The position numbers and the translations under genes are program-made. From Patescibacteria group bacterium (GTDB lineage Bacteria; Patescibacteriota; Patescibacteriia; JAHIZJ01), in contig JBAZUB010000001.1 in assembly GCA_041661625.1 (NCBI GenBank), positions 523,504-587,503 of the forward strand: DNA of 64,000 nucleotides, given 5' to 3'. The notes beneath the pieces were generated by a model. That model made no database searches. It was not told where the DNA came from and was given only the letters and a program-made list of their open reading frames with translations. Below, piece after piece: positions 1 through 10,894 of the stretch (the first letter of the stretch is position 1; each line of letters starts with the position of its first letter).

Positions 1-287
1 TGCCCGACAACATCTACAACATCATAGGACAGAACTTCACGTTCTTCTATGACCAGGTGCCAGCCGGTTGGAATTCGATCTCTGGCATCGTCTGGGGTAT
101 CGACTTCCGACCCGTGAAAGAGATCGATATTTTCGTCTCGGTCCCTTACATCAACGGCCTGCAGCTGAGATGGCTGAGGTACAAGCAGGAAAAAGGGCAG
201 TGGTACTGGCGTGCCTTCGATACTACCGGCACTAACTACGCAGGCACACTCATCATCCTGACCACCAATCCCCCCGCGCGGTCCTAG
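1..287 (+). CDS. 3' end of a hypothetical protein; the ORF is open to the window start
   Basis: Frame 3 is open from nt 3 to the stop at 287; a hairpin + T-run terminator follows. No recognisable domain. Confidence 0.35.
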   Translation, partial: PDNIYNIIGQNFTFFYDQVPAGWNSISGIVWGIDFRPVKEIDIFVSVPYINGLQLRWLRYKQEKGQWYWRAFDTTGTNYAGTLIILTTNPPARS

Positions 288-308
288 CCAAAGGACCGCT
301 TTATATTA
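276..308 (+). terminator. rho-independent terminator
   Basis: gcggtcc-tagccaaa-ggaccgc hairpin followed by tttatatt. Confidence 0.5.
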
Positions 309-464
309 GATTCGCATATATGACATCGTAACCTGGCAGCGCCACTTTACTTCCGCCGTACCTGTGCTATATTGCACCATTAAGTATCTTGATTGATCAT
401 TCGACACTCACCGGCAGATCACGCTGTCACATATCGGCTTCAACTTAATGGGAGGATTACTGAC

Positions 465-1094
465 ATGAAACCGCAGATTCCCGACCAGACTCGCCAAGTG
501 TGTGTGCTCGTTCGGCGAGGACATACCCTCATGGACGGCCCACCCAAATCTCGCACGCTAACGGCCTTGGGACTGCAACAATGCCTCGACCATCGGGTAG
601 TCTGGCAGAACGTAATCACAGCTATACCAACCGACCAGTTCGGTGAACCGGTCTATCGGGCGGGACCCTCGCCGGCGATGATACTGACCTGTTACCACCT
701 CTTCCAACCCGGGCAGATTGAGATTGCTCCCGAGCTGGCGGTCTGCCACAGCTTGAAGGAACTGCCCGGTGACTGGTTCCAGATCAGGGTAGCAGCCGAC
801 ATGACCCGCGCGGCCATCTTCCAGGACGCCTACGAAGATCGCGCCATCCGTGAAGAATCAGCGATCGGGATGGAGGCTAGACGACTGAGAGCCTTTCTGG
901 ATGGTGCTTGCGGAACGAATCGATTCGTGGTCGCGGTCAGCGATGAACCGGCGATCACCCTGGCGCTGCTAGACGTGGTGCCCAGCAGCGCGCTGGCGCT
1001 GGCTCCCGGTGAGGGTGTCATCGTGTACCGCGATTTAAGCGGACACTTTATCGGCGCCCAGAAGGTGGCCTTCGACGCACCGGTTTCAGTTTAG
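465..1094 (+). CDS. histidine-phosphatase (phosphoglycerate mutase-like) superfamily protein, tentative
   Basis: SD ggagg 9 nt upstream of ATG 465. N-terminal motif CVLVRRGHT resembles the LxRHG(E/Q)T catalytic motif. GC-rich ORF. Confidence 0.4.
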   Translation: MKPQIPDQTRQVCVLVRRGHTLMDGPPKSRTLTALGLQQCLDHRVVWQNVITAIPTDQFGEPVYRAGPSPAMILTCYHLFQPGQIEIAPELAVCHSLKELPGDWFQIRVAADMTRAAIFQDAYEDRAIREESAIGMEARRLRAFLDGACGTNRFVVAVSDEPAITLALLDVVPSSALALAPGEGVIVYRDLSGHFIGAQKVAFDAPVSV

Positions 1095-1122
1095 CTGGAC
1101 CGGTTTTCTTTTCGTACACAAA

Positions 1123-1163
1123 CGTAGGCGAGCAAACATTTGCTCGCCTATGGAACTTTTTTT
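1123..1163 (+). terminator. REP-like palindrome (CGTAGGCG...CGCCTA family) + T-run; acts as terminator
   Basis: cgtaggcgagcaaacatttgctcgcctatg is a perfect long hairpin followed by ttttttt. Same outer stem as repeats at 9368, 10233, 10895, 48224 and 50952. Confidence 0.6.
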
Positions 1164-1319
1164 GTAATAATACTGTCGTTTCGTTAACAACAACCATTGA
1201 CATCGATCAAGATTTAGGGTATCGTCGATAGGTTCTAGCTTGTCTGATGTTCGTGTTGTAATAGCCAAGCTCATGATTCTCGAATGATCCACCGCCATTT
1301 TCGGGAAAGGAGACCCGCT

Positions 1320-1523
1320 TTGACCACACCGGACAACGCTACGCCAACCGCGCCCTCCGACATGGAGGCCTTCCCGACCAGCGCCACGCCCCAAGTTCCA
1401 CCGCGACACCCCAACTTCCATTACGGTGTGGCGGGTATCATCACGGGCTACGCCGGAGGCGCCCCGGTGGTGACCAGCGGGCGGCTCAACCCCGTCCACA
1501 TGGACAGCCAGACCCGCGCATAA
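1320..1523 (+). CDS. small hypothetical protein (TTG start), low confidence
   Basis: SD aaggag 7 nt upstream of in-frame TTG; terminator follows at 1552-1586. GC-rich, no homology recognised. Confidence 0.2.
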   Translation: MTTPDNATPTAPSDMEAFPTSATPQVPPRHPNFHYGVAGIITGYAGGAPVVTSGRLNPVHMDSQTRA

Positions 1524-1551
1524 TCGCCAACCTGCCACGGGTGTTTCATGC

Positions 1552-1586
1552 TCGTTTCGCCGGTCCAGTTTCACTGCGACCGGCCT
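1552..1586 (+). terminator. rho-independent terminator
   Basis: gccggtc...gaccggc hairpin followed by tttttt. Confidence 0.5.
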
Positions 1587-2960
1587 TTTTTATTACAAAT
1601 AGAAAAGGTTCGATCTGGTGTCGAACCTTAGCAGACCGGACGGCGCGTCAGCGGGTCGCGCCGCATGCCCGGCGGACGGATAGCGCTGCGAAAGAGTCCG
1701 GTAACGGACAGGCTTGGCAGAACAACGCCCATTAGTCGCCCAACCGCGGTTTCGTCGGCTGCCGCCGGGATCGTCATAGCGGCGTTACAGCTTGGGCAGT
1801 GGCTGGGCAATGGTAGGCCGCGCTCCACACATCCGCACTCGCTGCACGAATGACCGGTTGCCATCAAACCAGGCCCGGCTAGTGGCATCCAGCTGCCAAC
1901 CTGATCATCGGTCACTTCCATATTGGCTCCCTCCTGATTTGGCACCGGTGGTTCCCAACACCGAGCCCAACCAGATACAGTATACACGGCTGTCGGCAAG
2001 AAACAAGTAAAATAAAACGCCTCATTGCTGAAGCGCTGCGTCCACGCCCATCGGATCGGGCAGGTGCGCGTGTGCGGGTTCGGGATAGATGATGTCAGCA
2101 AACGCCGTCAATACGACTGGCGGCACAGAGTCAGCCAACCTGACTGATGCCGGGTAGCCCGACCGGCGGTGATCCAGACGATAGTGCCCCCATTCGCCGG
2201 GACGAAGGTGTTGCGTGTGCCGGGTGGTCATCAGTCGGCGCCAAGTAATCCGATGGGGCCGTAGTCTCATGAGTTGTGCCAACCGATACCGCGCTGTGGC
2301 GAATGACACTCCATCACCCGGACCGTCGCTGCCCACATCAGCGAAGTAGCAGACGGGTAGTTTCCGACCCGGCGGTGGTGACAGCAACAGTATCCGGATC
2401 GTTACCTGGCCGATCTTGCACTCAAACCTGGCCAAAACATCCATGGCTCCTCCTAACCTAATACCACATACCCCGTTGCTCATCCGGTCGCAGTTTACTG
2501 CAATAATCGATTCATTGTCAATCGGATTTCGTGCAGTAAAAGAAACGACCCATCCTGTTACGAATGGGTCTCGACCGGCGCTGGCGTTCCAAGGTTCGTG
2601 AATCAGCTTGTCACTCACGCCCGAGTCTGGCGTCGTCGGCCATGAGCGCTTGCCATGCCTGCTCGACGTCCACATCAGGTTCACCCCAGGAACGTCGAAT
2701 CGTTTCCTGGAAGTTTGACTTGGCTCGCTGTAGTTCTTGTCTGGTAGCCGATACACGACCGCCCTTCTGGCCAAGCGCCAGAACTACGTAAACCCCCTCA
2801 TCCATTGGGCGCCTCTTGCCGTACAAGTCTCCCCTCCTGTTGGTGGCCCAAGAAACATCATGACATGTGAACGCGTTCATCCTAATACCACAACAACTTG
2901 GTGTCAATATTCACCGGTACTAAAAGTTATTATTGTACCCGTGCTATAAAATATTGCTCC

Positions 2961-2989
2961 TGGACAAAATCACAAATTTGCGCTATAAT
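2961..2989 (+). promoter_or_regulatory. sigma70-type promoter for the amidase gene
   Basis: TGGACA -17 nt- TATAAT, ending ~11 nt before ATG 3001 (very short or no leader). Confidence 0.5.
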
Positions 2990-3000
2990 AAAGTCAGAAA

Positions 3001-5241
3001 ATGAAAAATAAAAAGCGCCACAATCTGGGTTCACGGCATATGATCCGTCGGCTGATCGGAATCGTTTTTGTATTCACCATCATCGGCTGGATCGTAGCCG
3101 CGACGGCTCAAGCCGAACCAACACCCCAAGTAACTGCGGACACCTACACGCAAGATTCGCTTTCCGGCCAGCGTCACAGCTCACCGGCTGTGTTCGAATT
3201 CACTTCCGATCCCATTCAAGCCGAATCGTTAATCGAAGCCGTCGGATTCACCTGGAGCGAACCAGCTGATATTTCATTTGATATTCAATATCTCACCGAT
3301 GGTCAATGGAGTGGCTGGACCACCATCACCGCCTCGACCGATATTCAGCCCAAAGACGCGAGCCGGCACGCCACCGATCTGTTTTTCTTAATACCATCAA
3401 AAACTTTTCGCTATCGTACCCACTCGGTTGCAGAACCAAGCGACATTAAAATTACCGTTTTGTCAGAGGGACATACCCGCGCAGTAACCGGGTTCTTCCA
3501 TAATCTCTTGACGCGCCTGATTCCAAAAGCCACCGCCAGTGTCTCAATCGTCAACCGAACCGCCTGGGGTGCCGATGAATCGATCTCAACCTGGCAGCCG
3601 GAATACGCCGCTCCTAAAAAATTCATCGTTCACCATACCGTGACCAGCGATGGCGGCACTGACCCGGCCGCCACAATTCGGGCTATCCAGTACTATCACG
3701 CGGTGACATTGGGATGGGGTGATATCGGTTATAATTATTTAATTGATTCATCCGGCTTGGTATATGAAGGACGCAAAGGCGGCGACGCGGTGATTGGCGC
3801 CCACGCGGCGCGCGATGCGACCTGCAATCAGTCACGTTTCGGCGGCGGAAATGTTGAAATCAACTTTAATCCCGGTACTATTGGCATTGCCCTGTTGGGT
3901 AACTATGAGACGAATCAACCGACCCAAGCGGCAATCGACGCCTTATCAAACTTGATTGCTGAAAAAGGCGCTCTTGACGGTATCCAGCCGGCCGGCGCCT
4001 CAGACTTCCTAGGTATGTCGGCCCTGCCAAACGTCGTCGGCCATGGTGATATTGATTGTACGTTGTGTCCCGGCCAGAACCTGAATACATTACTGCCTCA
4101 AATACGCACCGCCAGCCAAACGCTGTACGATAGCGGAACGATTCAGCTCACCCAAAATGCCCGGCTGGATTTAATCAGCGAATCATCATTTGATCTGGAG
4201 CGCGGCACCACGAAAACTATCCGGGCTATCATTTCAAATATTGGTAATGTGCCGTGGCACAATTTTGACCAGGCATTGCTGGCCATCAGGCCAGTTAAAT
4301 CCCCGGCGATCATGGCGTCATCCAACTGGCCAGCTGCTAGCATCGCCGGGCAGTTAACTGCCGCAACTGTTACCCCGGGCGACAACGTGGCCGTTGACTT
4401 TACAGTAACGGCACCGAGCGATCGACTGACCGCCGATGAAGAATACTTGGTCGCGATTGGCGATCAGTTGTTCAACGGCACTAAATTTAATATACACATA
4501 GATGTTACCGGCTTAGATCGTGCGGCAAGCTTGAAACAAAAAACTGTCCCAGTAGCTACGCTGGTTAAATCGCGTCCCAAGATGGTCTTGCAATATACCA
4601 ATCTAGGCAAGATAACCTGGACGCCGAAAAACACCTATTTAAAAATACTCGATCTCAACAACCGGCCCAGTCGCTACAGCGACCGCAGCTGGCCCGATTC
4701 GGCTGGTAAAATAAAACTTAAGGAAGCCAGCATCGCCACCGGGCAGGTGGGTACGTTTGAATTTTATGAAACCAGCCCGGCCTACAGCGGACTGTACAAG
4801 CAGGTCTTCAGTCTCTATACCGATAATCAGCTGGTGATAAATTCTGCTACCGAACTGATCAGTCGGGTCGATCCCATTTACAAAGCCGAGTTGGTCAGCG
4901 CTAATGTCCCATTAGCGACGCGGGTCGGTTGGCGCCCCACCGTCACGGTGAAAGTAAAAAATACCGGTTCGGCCACCTGGGATAGTTCGATGCGCTTGAA
5001 GATATATGATCTCAATGGTCGCGCCAGTCCATTCCGCGATACCAGCTGGAACACTTCCGCGGGTGATATCAAGATGAAAGAGACCACCGTTCGCCCGGGT
5101 GCTACCGCAACTTTTACCTTTCGCTTGAACCCGGCTCGATCTGGTCTTTACCGGACGGAACTTCAACTGACTACCTCCGCTTCACCCGAAATCGTACCGG
5201 ACAGTAACTTCGTCCGGATACTGCGCGTTGATCCTAAGTAG
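3001..5241 (+). CDS. secreted/membrane-anchored N-acetylmuramoyl-L-alanine amidase (Amidase_2/PGRP family) with C-terminal Ig-like repeat domains
   Basis: N-terminal TM/signal (IGIVFVFTIIGWIVAATAQA). HHT...GWGDIGYNYLID...VYEGR...H...C motifs are typical of PGRP/AmpD-type zinc amidases. Two ~110-aa C-terminal repeats (TWxPKNTYLKILDLNxRxS...). Confidence 0.8.
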   Translation: MKNKKRHNLGSRHMIRRLIGIVFVFTIIGWIVAATAQAEPTPQVTADTYTQDSLSGQRHSSPAVFEFTSDPIQAESLIEAVGFTWSEPADISFDIQYLTDGQWSGWTTITASTDIQPKDASRHATDLFFLIPSKTFRYRTHSVAEPSDIKITVLSEGHTRAVTGFFHNLLTRLIPKATASVSIVNRTAWGADESISTWQPEYAAPKKFIVHHTVTSDGGTDPAATIRAIQYYHAVTLGWGDIGYNYLIDSSGLVYEGRKGGDAVIGAHAARDATCNQSRFGGGNVEINFNPGTIGIALLGNYETNQPTQAAIDALSNLIAEKGALDGIQPAGASDFLGMSALPNVVGHGDIDCTLCPGQNLNTLLPQIRTASQTLYDSGTIQLTQNARLDLISESSFDLERGTTKTIRAIISNIGNVPWHNFDQALLAIRPVKSPAIMASSNWPAASIAGQLTAATVTPGDNVAVDFTVTAPSDRLTADEEYLVAIGDQLFNGTKFNIHIDVTGLDRAASLKQKTVPVATLVKSRPKMVLQYTNLGKITWTPKNTYLKILDLNNRPSRYSDRSWPDSAGKIKLKEASIATGQVGTFEFYETSPAYSGLYKQVFSLYTDNQLVINSATELISRVDPIYKAELVSANVPLATRVGWRPTVTVKVKNTGSATWDSSMRLKIYDLNGRASPFRDTSWNTSAGDIKMKETTVRPGATATFTFRLNPARSGLYRTELQLTTSASPEIVPDSNFVRILRVDPK

Positions 5242-5266
5242 ACAATATACTAATCATAAAGAAACA

Positions 5267-5299
5267 AGACCCCTAGCGAGTGGCGCACGGGGGTCTTTC
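5267..5299. terminator. bidirectional hairpin terminator between convergent genes
   Basis: agacccc-loop-gggggtct hairpin between the amidase stop (5241) and the csrA-like stop (5332). Confidence 0.45.
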
Positions 5300-5331
5300 G
5301 ACGAGCAGCTTGAAGGTGCCCGAGCTGCTGC

Positions 5332-5568
5332 CTAGGAGCCGGGTCGGGGCGGTCCGATCGCCTGACGCCGCCAGAACTGAACCCACAAACGGATAACCGC
5401 ATTCTTGAGCTGGAGCAGGTAATTCCAAGGTAGCTCCCCCCTCAGAATCGGCATCCACCACGGTGCTTCGACACCAATCTCGACCACTCTCCCCTTGACA
5501 GAGACTACGGTGATTGTAGCGGGTCCGATTCGGACCACGTCACCATAGGTACGTTTCATCACGAGCAT
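5332..5568 (-). CDS. csrA: CsrA-like carbon storage regulator / translational repressor homolog
   Basis: MLVMKRTYGDVVRIGPATITVVSVKGRVVEIGVEAPWWMPILRGEL matches CsrA beta-strand core (MLILTRR.GE...IGD.I.V.VL..KG..VRIGI.AP..V.I.REE). SD ggagga 8 nt upstream of ATG at 5568. Confidence 0.5.
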   Translation of the reverse strand: MLVMKRTYGDVVRIGPATITVVSVKGRVVEIGVEAPWWMPILRGELPWNYLLQLKNAVIRLWVQFWRRQAIGPPRPGS

Positions 5569-5783
5569 GGCCACATCCTCCTGCCTGATGGCGCTATCTT
5601 CGTTTGTTGTGATCTGAGGTGTCCCAAGGTGCGCTAATTGGCAGCACATCGCACACAGTATACTGGCTGGTCGTCGCCTTGTCAACTGGTATGAAATACT
5701 CATACTATTTTCGCTTTACCTAGGAGAGTTTTTATGCTATTATGAAGCCTGATTATACCCGATAATACCTAACCGATTTTTTT

Positions 5784-6392
5784 ATGTATCTTACCTGGCT
5801 GGGCTTAAATTCCTTCAAAATTCAAACGTCCGATTGCACACTTTTCACGGACCCTTATGGAATTGTTTCCGGACTGAAATTCCCCCGTTCCCAGGCTGAT
5901 GTTGTGACCGTTTCCCAACCCGAAAATCCACTAGCTAATAACCTTGACGGCGTCAGCGGCACACCCTACCGGATTGTCAGTCCAGGAGAATATGAGGTAA
6001 AAAAAATCTTTATCCGCGGCATCGCCGATGCTGGTGTCACGTTGTTCTATTTTGAAGTCGAAAACGTCAGCATCGCCCATATTGCGGCTCTCAAGCACCC
6101 GCTGACCAGCGAACAGCTGGAAACTTTTGAAGATGTCGATGTGCTGCTGGTGCCAGCCGGGAATCCGAAGGCTGTCGAAGTGGACCAAGCCGTCAAATTG
6201 ATTAGTCAAATTGAACCCAGGTTGGTTGTGCCAATGTTTTATAAAATACCGGGCTTGAAATCGCCGGCCGAACCGTTGCAGCCTTTTCTCAAAGCCATGG
6301 GCGGACAGACGCCGGAGTCGCTCCCCAAGCTTAAACTGATCAAACGCGACCTGCCCCAGTCTGAAACCAAGGTGGTTGTTTTGACCCCGTAA
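5784..6392 (+). CDS. MBL-fold (metallo-beta-lactamase-like, UPF0173-type) hydrolase homolog, possibly degenerate
   Basis: N-terminus YLTWLGLNSFKIQTSDCTLFTDPY resembles the MBL-fold metal-dependent hydrolase family start (ITWLGHS.F.I....ILIDP); the canonical HxHxDH motif is not obvious. Confidence 0.45.
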   Translation: MYLTWLGLNSFKIQTSDCTLFTDPYGIVSGLKFPRSQADVVTVSQPENPLANNLDGVSGTPYRIVSPGEYEVKKIFIRGIADAGVTLFYFEVENVSIAHIAALKHPLTSEQLETFEDVDVLLVPAGNPKAVEVDQAVKLISQIEPRLVVPMFYKIPGLKSPAEPLQPFLKAMGGQTPESLPKLKLIKRDLPQSETKVVVLTP

Positions 6393-6397
6393 TCATC

Positions 6398-6874
6398 ATG
6401 CCCAGAGCCGCTAAAAAACTTGTTGCCAAACGATCCCGCCGCGTACCGATTCGCGTACTTGAATCCGCTCCGGAACCGGCCCGGCCGGCGTTAGATGAAA
6501 CATTCCTGGAGCACCGCCCACTCACGAGTGCGGCCGTGAAACCCAAGCCGGACACGGTGGCCAAACGCACTCCGCCGGTTTTTCAATTACCTGACCGGCC
6601 GGCCAGACGCGGCGCCTTGGTCTGGGGAGTGGGTATCAGTTTCATGTTGGTGCTGACGATATGGTTGGGCGTCATGCGCTTCCGGCCCCAGCGATCCGGC
6701 CCTAATTCGGCCGACGAGACAATAGCCAATATCGGACGGGTGCTGTCAGACTTCTCTGACCAATTCGATCAGCAGGTTAATGATGTCAAACAGCAATTGG
6801 ACGACGCCGGCGACCCAACTACGCCGGAAGTCAAGGAGTTGCAGAAACAAGTTTTTCCCGAGTTTATTAAATAA
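6398..6874 (+). CDS. hypothetical single-pass membrane protein
   Basis: Basic N-terminus, one TM (LVWGVGISFMLVLTIWLGV), acidic C-terminus. Sits directly upstream of gyrA. Confidence 0.45.
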   Translation: MPRAAKKLVAKRSRRVPIRVLESAPEPARPALDETFLEHRPLTSAAVKPKPDTVAKRTPPVFQLPDRPARRGALVWGVGISFMLVLTIWLGVMRFRPQRSGPNSADETIANIGRVLSDFSDQFDQQVNDVKQQLDDAGDPTTPEVKELQKQVFPEFIK

Positions 6875-6902
6875 TAGTAATCACAGTTAATATTACCGAC
6901 GT

Positions 6903-9353
6903 ATGACTGAAAATCCCATCGGCACAATTTCACCCCGCCAGATAACGGACGAAATGCAGGAGTCGTATCTCGACTATGCCATGTCCGTGATAGTTTCGCG
7001 CGCCTTGCCGGACGTGCGTGACGGTTTGAAACCGGTCCATCGACGAATCCTCTACGCCATGTGGACGATCGGCTTACGGGCCGGCGCCAAGTTCCGCAAA
7101 TCGGCCAATGTGGTCGGTGAGGTGCTGGGCAAATATCACCCGCACGGGGATATGGCCGTCTACGATTCCATGGTCCGCATGGCCCAGGATTTTTCTCTGC
7201 GCTACCCGCTGATCGAGGGCCAGGGCAACTTCGGTTCGATCGACGGTGACAGCGCGGCCGCCCATCGTTATACCGAGGCCCGGCTTGATCGCATTTCGGA
7301 CGAGATGCTGGGCAGTATTGAAAAGAACACCGTCAACTTCCTGCCCAACTATGACGGCTCGCAACAAGAGCCCCAGGTGTTGCCATCACGGCTGCCCAAT
7401 CTGCTGCTCAATGGCACGATGGGCATTGCCGTCGGCATGGCCACCAGCATTCCGCCGCACCATCTCGGCGAAATCATCGAAGGGACCGTTCACCTAATCG
7501 ACCACCCCAACGCGTCGGTCGAAGACCTGATGCAGTTTATCAAGGGGCCGGACTTTCCGACCGGCGGTCAAATATTTGATATCAATGAAATTTCCCAGGC
7601 CTACGCCACCGGCAAGGGCCGGATTGTGATGCGCGGCAAGTGTGAAATTATCGAAGCCGATTCCGGACGTTTTCAGATTATTGTCAATGAAATACCGTAC
7701 CAGGTAAACAAGGCCCATCTTATCGAACATATCGCCCAGCTGGTCAATGATAAAAAGATCGATGGCATTAGAGACCTGCGCGACGAGTCGGACAAAGATG
7801 GCATCCGGGTGGTGATCGATTTGAAAAAAGACGCCTATCCCAAGAAAGTTCTCAACCGCCTGTATAGCCTGACCGAGCTGCAAACCGCTTTTCACGTCAA
7901 CATGCTGGCGTTAATTGATGGCTTGCAGCCGCGCGTGCTCACGCTCAAGATGGTGCTCGAAGAATACATCAAGCACCAGCAGGAAGTGACCCGGCGCCAG
8001 GCTCAATACGATCTGGATCGAGCCAAAGAGCGGGCCCATGTGTTGGAAGGTCTAAAAATCGCCTTGAGCCATCTGGATGCGGTAATCGCGACGATCAAGA
8101 AGTCGAAAGACAAAGATGAAGCGAAAGTAAACCTAATGAAGCGGTTCAAGCTGACCGAGATCCAGAGCGTCGCCATTCTGGAAATGAAGCTGCAGCAGCT
8201 GGCCAACCTGGAACAGCAAAAGATCCTGGACGAATTAAAAGAAAAGCTGGCCATCATCAAAGATTTGCAGGCATTACTAGCTTCTCCTAAACGGATTCTA
8301 AGCGTTATCAAAGCCGACTTGGCGCGTATCAAAGAGAAATACGGCGATGCCCGGCGTACTCAGGTCTTCCCCAACGCCGTCGATAAATTTACTCAGGAAG
8401 ACCTGATACCAAACACACCGACTATCGTCATGACAACCCATGACGGATATATCAAGCGGGTGGAGCCGGAGTCTTTCCGCACCCAGGGCCGCGGCGGCAA
8501 AGGTGTTATCGGCCTAACCACCAAAGAACAAGACTTCGTGGAACACTTCTTCAGCACCACCACTCATACCGACCTGCTGTTCTTTACTACTAAGGGCCGT
8601 GTCTTCCAGCTTAAGACTTATGATATTCCGCCGGCCAGCCGTACCGCCAAGGGCCAGGCGATAGTAAACTTCCTGCAGCTGCCGAGCGAGGAAAAAGTTT
8701 CAGTAATTCTGCCGATATCGGAATTGAAGGAATACAAATTCCTGACTATGGTCACCCGCGATGGCGTGATCAAGAAGGTCGACATTACTGACTTTGCCAA
8801 GGTGCGGCGTTCTGGTTTGATCGCCATCAAGCTGCGAGCCGATGACATCCTGCAATGGGTCAAACCCACTACCGGACATGACAATCTGATTCTGGTCAGC
8901 GAACAGGGCCAGTCGATTCACTTCCGGGAAAAAGATATTCGAGCTATGGGTCGCAATGCTTCCGGTGTACGCGGCATCCGGTTAAAGAAGAATGACCGAG
9001 TCTCCGGAATGGACGTAATCTCCGAAGGCAAACCGGGACCGAACGAGCAAATCCTGGTAGTGATGGCTAATGGCTTTGGCAAGCGCACCGGTATCAAGAA
9101 CTACAAAGTCCAGGGTCGGGGCGGCAGCGGTATCAAAACCGCCAAAATCACGCCCAAGACCGGCCAGATTTGCGCTGCCTTCATCGTCAATGCCAAACTG
9201 GAACAAAACGATATTATCATTATGTCCGAGCGTGGACAAGTAATCCGCCTGCCGCTCAAATCGGTCTCCGTGCTCGGCCGCGCCACTCAAGGCGTCCGTC
9301 TGATGCGATTCTCCGAGTCAGCGGATAAGGTGGCGTCGGTGACAATCATATAA
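6903..9353 (+). CDS. gyrA: DNA gyrase subunit A
   Basis: [28 protein letters not shown]...GKYHPHGD...IEGQGNFGS and C-terminal beta-pinwheel repeats are unmistakable GyrA. Confidence 0.95.
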   Translation: MTENPIGTISPRQITDEMQESYLDYAMSVIVSRALPDVRDGLKPVHRRILYAMWTIGLRAGAKFRKSANVVGEVLGKYHPHGDMAVYDSMVRMAQDFSLRYPLIEGQGNFGSIDGDSAAAHRYTEARLDRISDEMLGSIEKNTVNFLPNYDGSQQEPQVLPSRLPNLLLNGTMGIAVGMATSIPPHHLGEIIEGTVHLIDHPNASVEDLMQFIKGPDFPTGGQIFDINEISQAYATGKGRIVMRGKCEIIEADSGRFQIIVNEIPYQVNKAHLIEHIAQLVNDKKIDGIRDLRDESDKDGIRVVIDLKKDAYPKKVLNRLYSLTELQTAFHVNMLALIDGLQPRVLTLKMVLEEYIKHQQEVTRRQAQYDLDRAKERAHVLEGLKIALSHLDAVIATIKKSKDKDEAKVNLMKRFKLTEIQSVAILEMKLQQLANLEQQKILDELKEKLAIIKDLQALLASPKRILSVIKADLARIKEKYGDARRTQVFPNAVDKFTQEDLIPNTPTIVMTTHDGYIKRVEPESFRTQGRGGKGVIGLTTKEQDFVEHFFSTTTHTDLLFFTTKGRVFQLKTYDIPPASRTAKGQAIVNFLQLPSEEKVSVILPISELKEYKFLTMVTRDGVIKKVDITDFAKVRRSGLIAIKLRADDILQWVKPTTGHDNLILVSEQGQSIHFREKDIRAMGRNASGVRGIRLKKNDRVSGMDVISEGKPGPNEQILVVMANGFGKRTGIKNYKVQGRGGSGIKTAKITPKTGQICAAFIVNAKLEQNDIIIMSERGQVIRLPLKSVSVLGRATQGVRLMRFSESADKVASVTII

Positions 9354-9367
9354 CACACCAATTTATT

Positions 9368-9397
9368 CGTAGGCGACCAAGCGATTGGTCGCCTACG
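9368..9397 (+). repeat. REP-like palindrome (CGTAGGCG...CGCCTACG family), terminator for gyrA
   Basis: cgtaggcgaccaagcgattggtcgcctacg is a perfect 13-bp stem. Confidence 0.6.
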
Positions 9398-9555
9398 GAA
9401 CAGATAATAGCCTCCGGAGGACGGGGGCTGTTTTGGTATATGACTTCAATTCGAAACTTTTAAAAGTTTCTAAATACCGAAAATGAAGCCACGGCGTGGT
9501 CCGTATACAATACCAAAAGAAAACTCGAACTGTTACGTCCGAGTCTGATTGTCTG

Positions 9556-10098
9556 TCACCGCCCAACATCTTCCGTTGTGAGCGGCCACACCGTTTCGAT
9601 GTTCCGGAACAGATCCGTCAGCATGCCACCCAGCCGTTCTCGAATGACCCGGATACCATCATCGTCCGGTTGATGATTTGCGGTCAGAGCCCAGAGGTAC
9701 CCTCGCAGTTCAAGCATGGCCGCGATGACCTTAGGATGCCGTGGAGCAACTTCCAACACACCACTTTTAGCCCGGACGCAGGCAACGGTTTGGCGCTGAA
9801 CGCTGTACTGTTCACACAATCCAGCCTTGTCCCATGATTGGACAAGCCTAGTTAGGTCCTCATTCCGCCAAAGTTTGCCAACGGTGTGTTCTAGATGGGA
9901 ACCTTGGCCACCTAAGTGCTCGCCGAAAATGAACACAACCCACGGCTGGTCACCCGCGTTCCACCGTGTGACCACCTCAACTAACCTTGATGGTTCCCAT
10001 GTTCCAGCTTCGAGTTGACTTGGGTTCCAAACAACTCGGAAAAGTAGCCTTTTTTCGGTGAACTCCGCTAGCCAGTCAACAAACCCTTCAGGAATCAT
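9556..10098 (-). CDS. hypothetical protein
   Basis: 205-aa ORF trimmed to Met with SD ggaggg; no recognisable domain. Confidence 0.4.
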   Translation of the reverse strand: MIPEGFVDWLAEFTEKRLLFRVVWNPSQLEAGTWEPSRLVEVVTRWNAGDQPWVVFIFGEHLGGQGSHLEHTVGKLWRNEDLTRLVQSWDKAGLCEQYSVQRQTVACVRAKSGVLEVAPRHPKVIAAMLELRGYLWALTANHQPDDDGIRVIRERLGGMLTDLFRNIETVWPLTTEDVGR

Positions 10099-10232
10099 CA
10101 TGCCCTCCAGTCGCCTAGGTAAAAACCGTCGGCTATGGTTGTTGGATCGGGCTTCCGGTTTGGAAACCGTCAAAGAACCAACCGAACCTTAATATCAATT
10201 GGAAATTGTGTCAAACTTCAGAACCTTCAATT

Positions 10233-10280
10233 CGTAGGCGGGCCCCGTACCAGACTCGGTACGGGGTTTGCCCGCCTACG
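10233..10280. repeat. REP-like palindrome (CGTAGGCGGG...CCCGCCTACG family)
   Basis: cgtaggcgggccccgtaccagactcggtacggggtttgcccgcctacg is a nested hairpin. Confidence 0.6.
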
Positions 10281-10295
10281 TTGTATTGATACTAA

Positions 10296-10327
10296 ATAAA
10301 AACGACTCGGATGATCTCATCCGAGTC
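10296..10327 (-). terminator. rho-independent terminator for minus-strand gene 10327-10773
   Basis: gactcggatga-tct-tcatccgagtc hairpin followed on the minus strand by a T-run. Confidence 0.5.
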
Positions 10328-10773
10328 TAGGTTAGTGGTGGTGGCAGCTCCCAGTCGCCACCCGATGCCGTCACTTGAATTGGTTTCTCGCCCAGCCAGA
10401 CGCGGCACAACGTCAGGACAACTTCAGGGCACGGCGTTGGCGTGGTAGCGAAGAATCCTCCCAACGGCGCGTATGAGCCCCCCGCCCCGTAACGCAGTAT
10501 GACGCGAGCAAAGAGATAGTGGCCGGGGCTTCCGATGAAACGGGCGTTGAGCCCGGCCAGTAGCACAAAATGCTGTACCGAGTCCGGATCGAAACCCTCT
10601 TTCCGAGCCGCCGCGATAATCGCACTGCCCACTGAGACCGCGTTGACCAAGCCCGGGACGCCATCATAGACCGGTGGATAGCAGTAAACGATTGAGTCGT
10701 CTTCGAGCACGACATAATATGGTCGGCGGCCTTGGCAAAGAGGACAGGTAATGGGCTTCAATTCAAGTGGCAT
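10327..10773 (-). CDS. hypothetical protein (Cys/Gly-rich, 148 aa)
   Basis: SD gaggag 8 nt upstream of ATG; no recognisable family. Confidence 0.45.
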   Translation of the reverse strand: MPLELKPITCPLCQGRRPYYVVLEDDSIVYCYPPVYDGVPGLVNAVSVGSAIIAAARKEGFDPDSVQHFVLLAGLNARFIGSPGHYLFARVILRYGAGGSYAPLGGFFATTPTPCPEVVLTLCRVWLGEKPIQVTASGGDWELPPPLT

Positions 10774-10894
10774 CTTTTAGCTCCTCGTTGAAAAAGGGCA
10801 GAAATCGGATCATCTCTGGTTTAGAGATTGTTTTGCTTTGGCCATTTGAGTTACCCAGACTCTAGCATTTTTATCACTACTGTCAACCCAGTAC

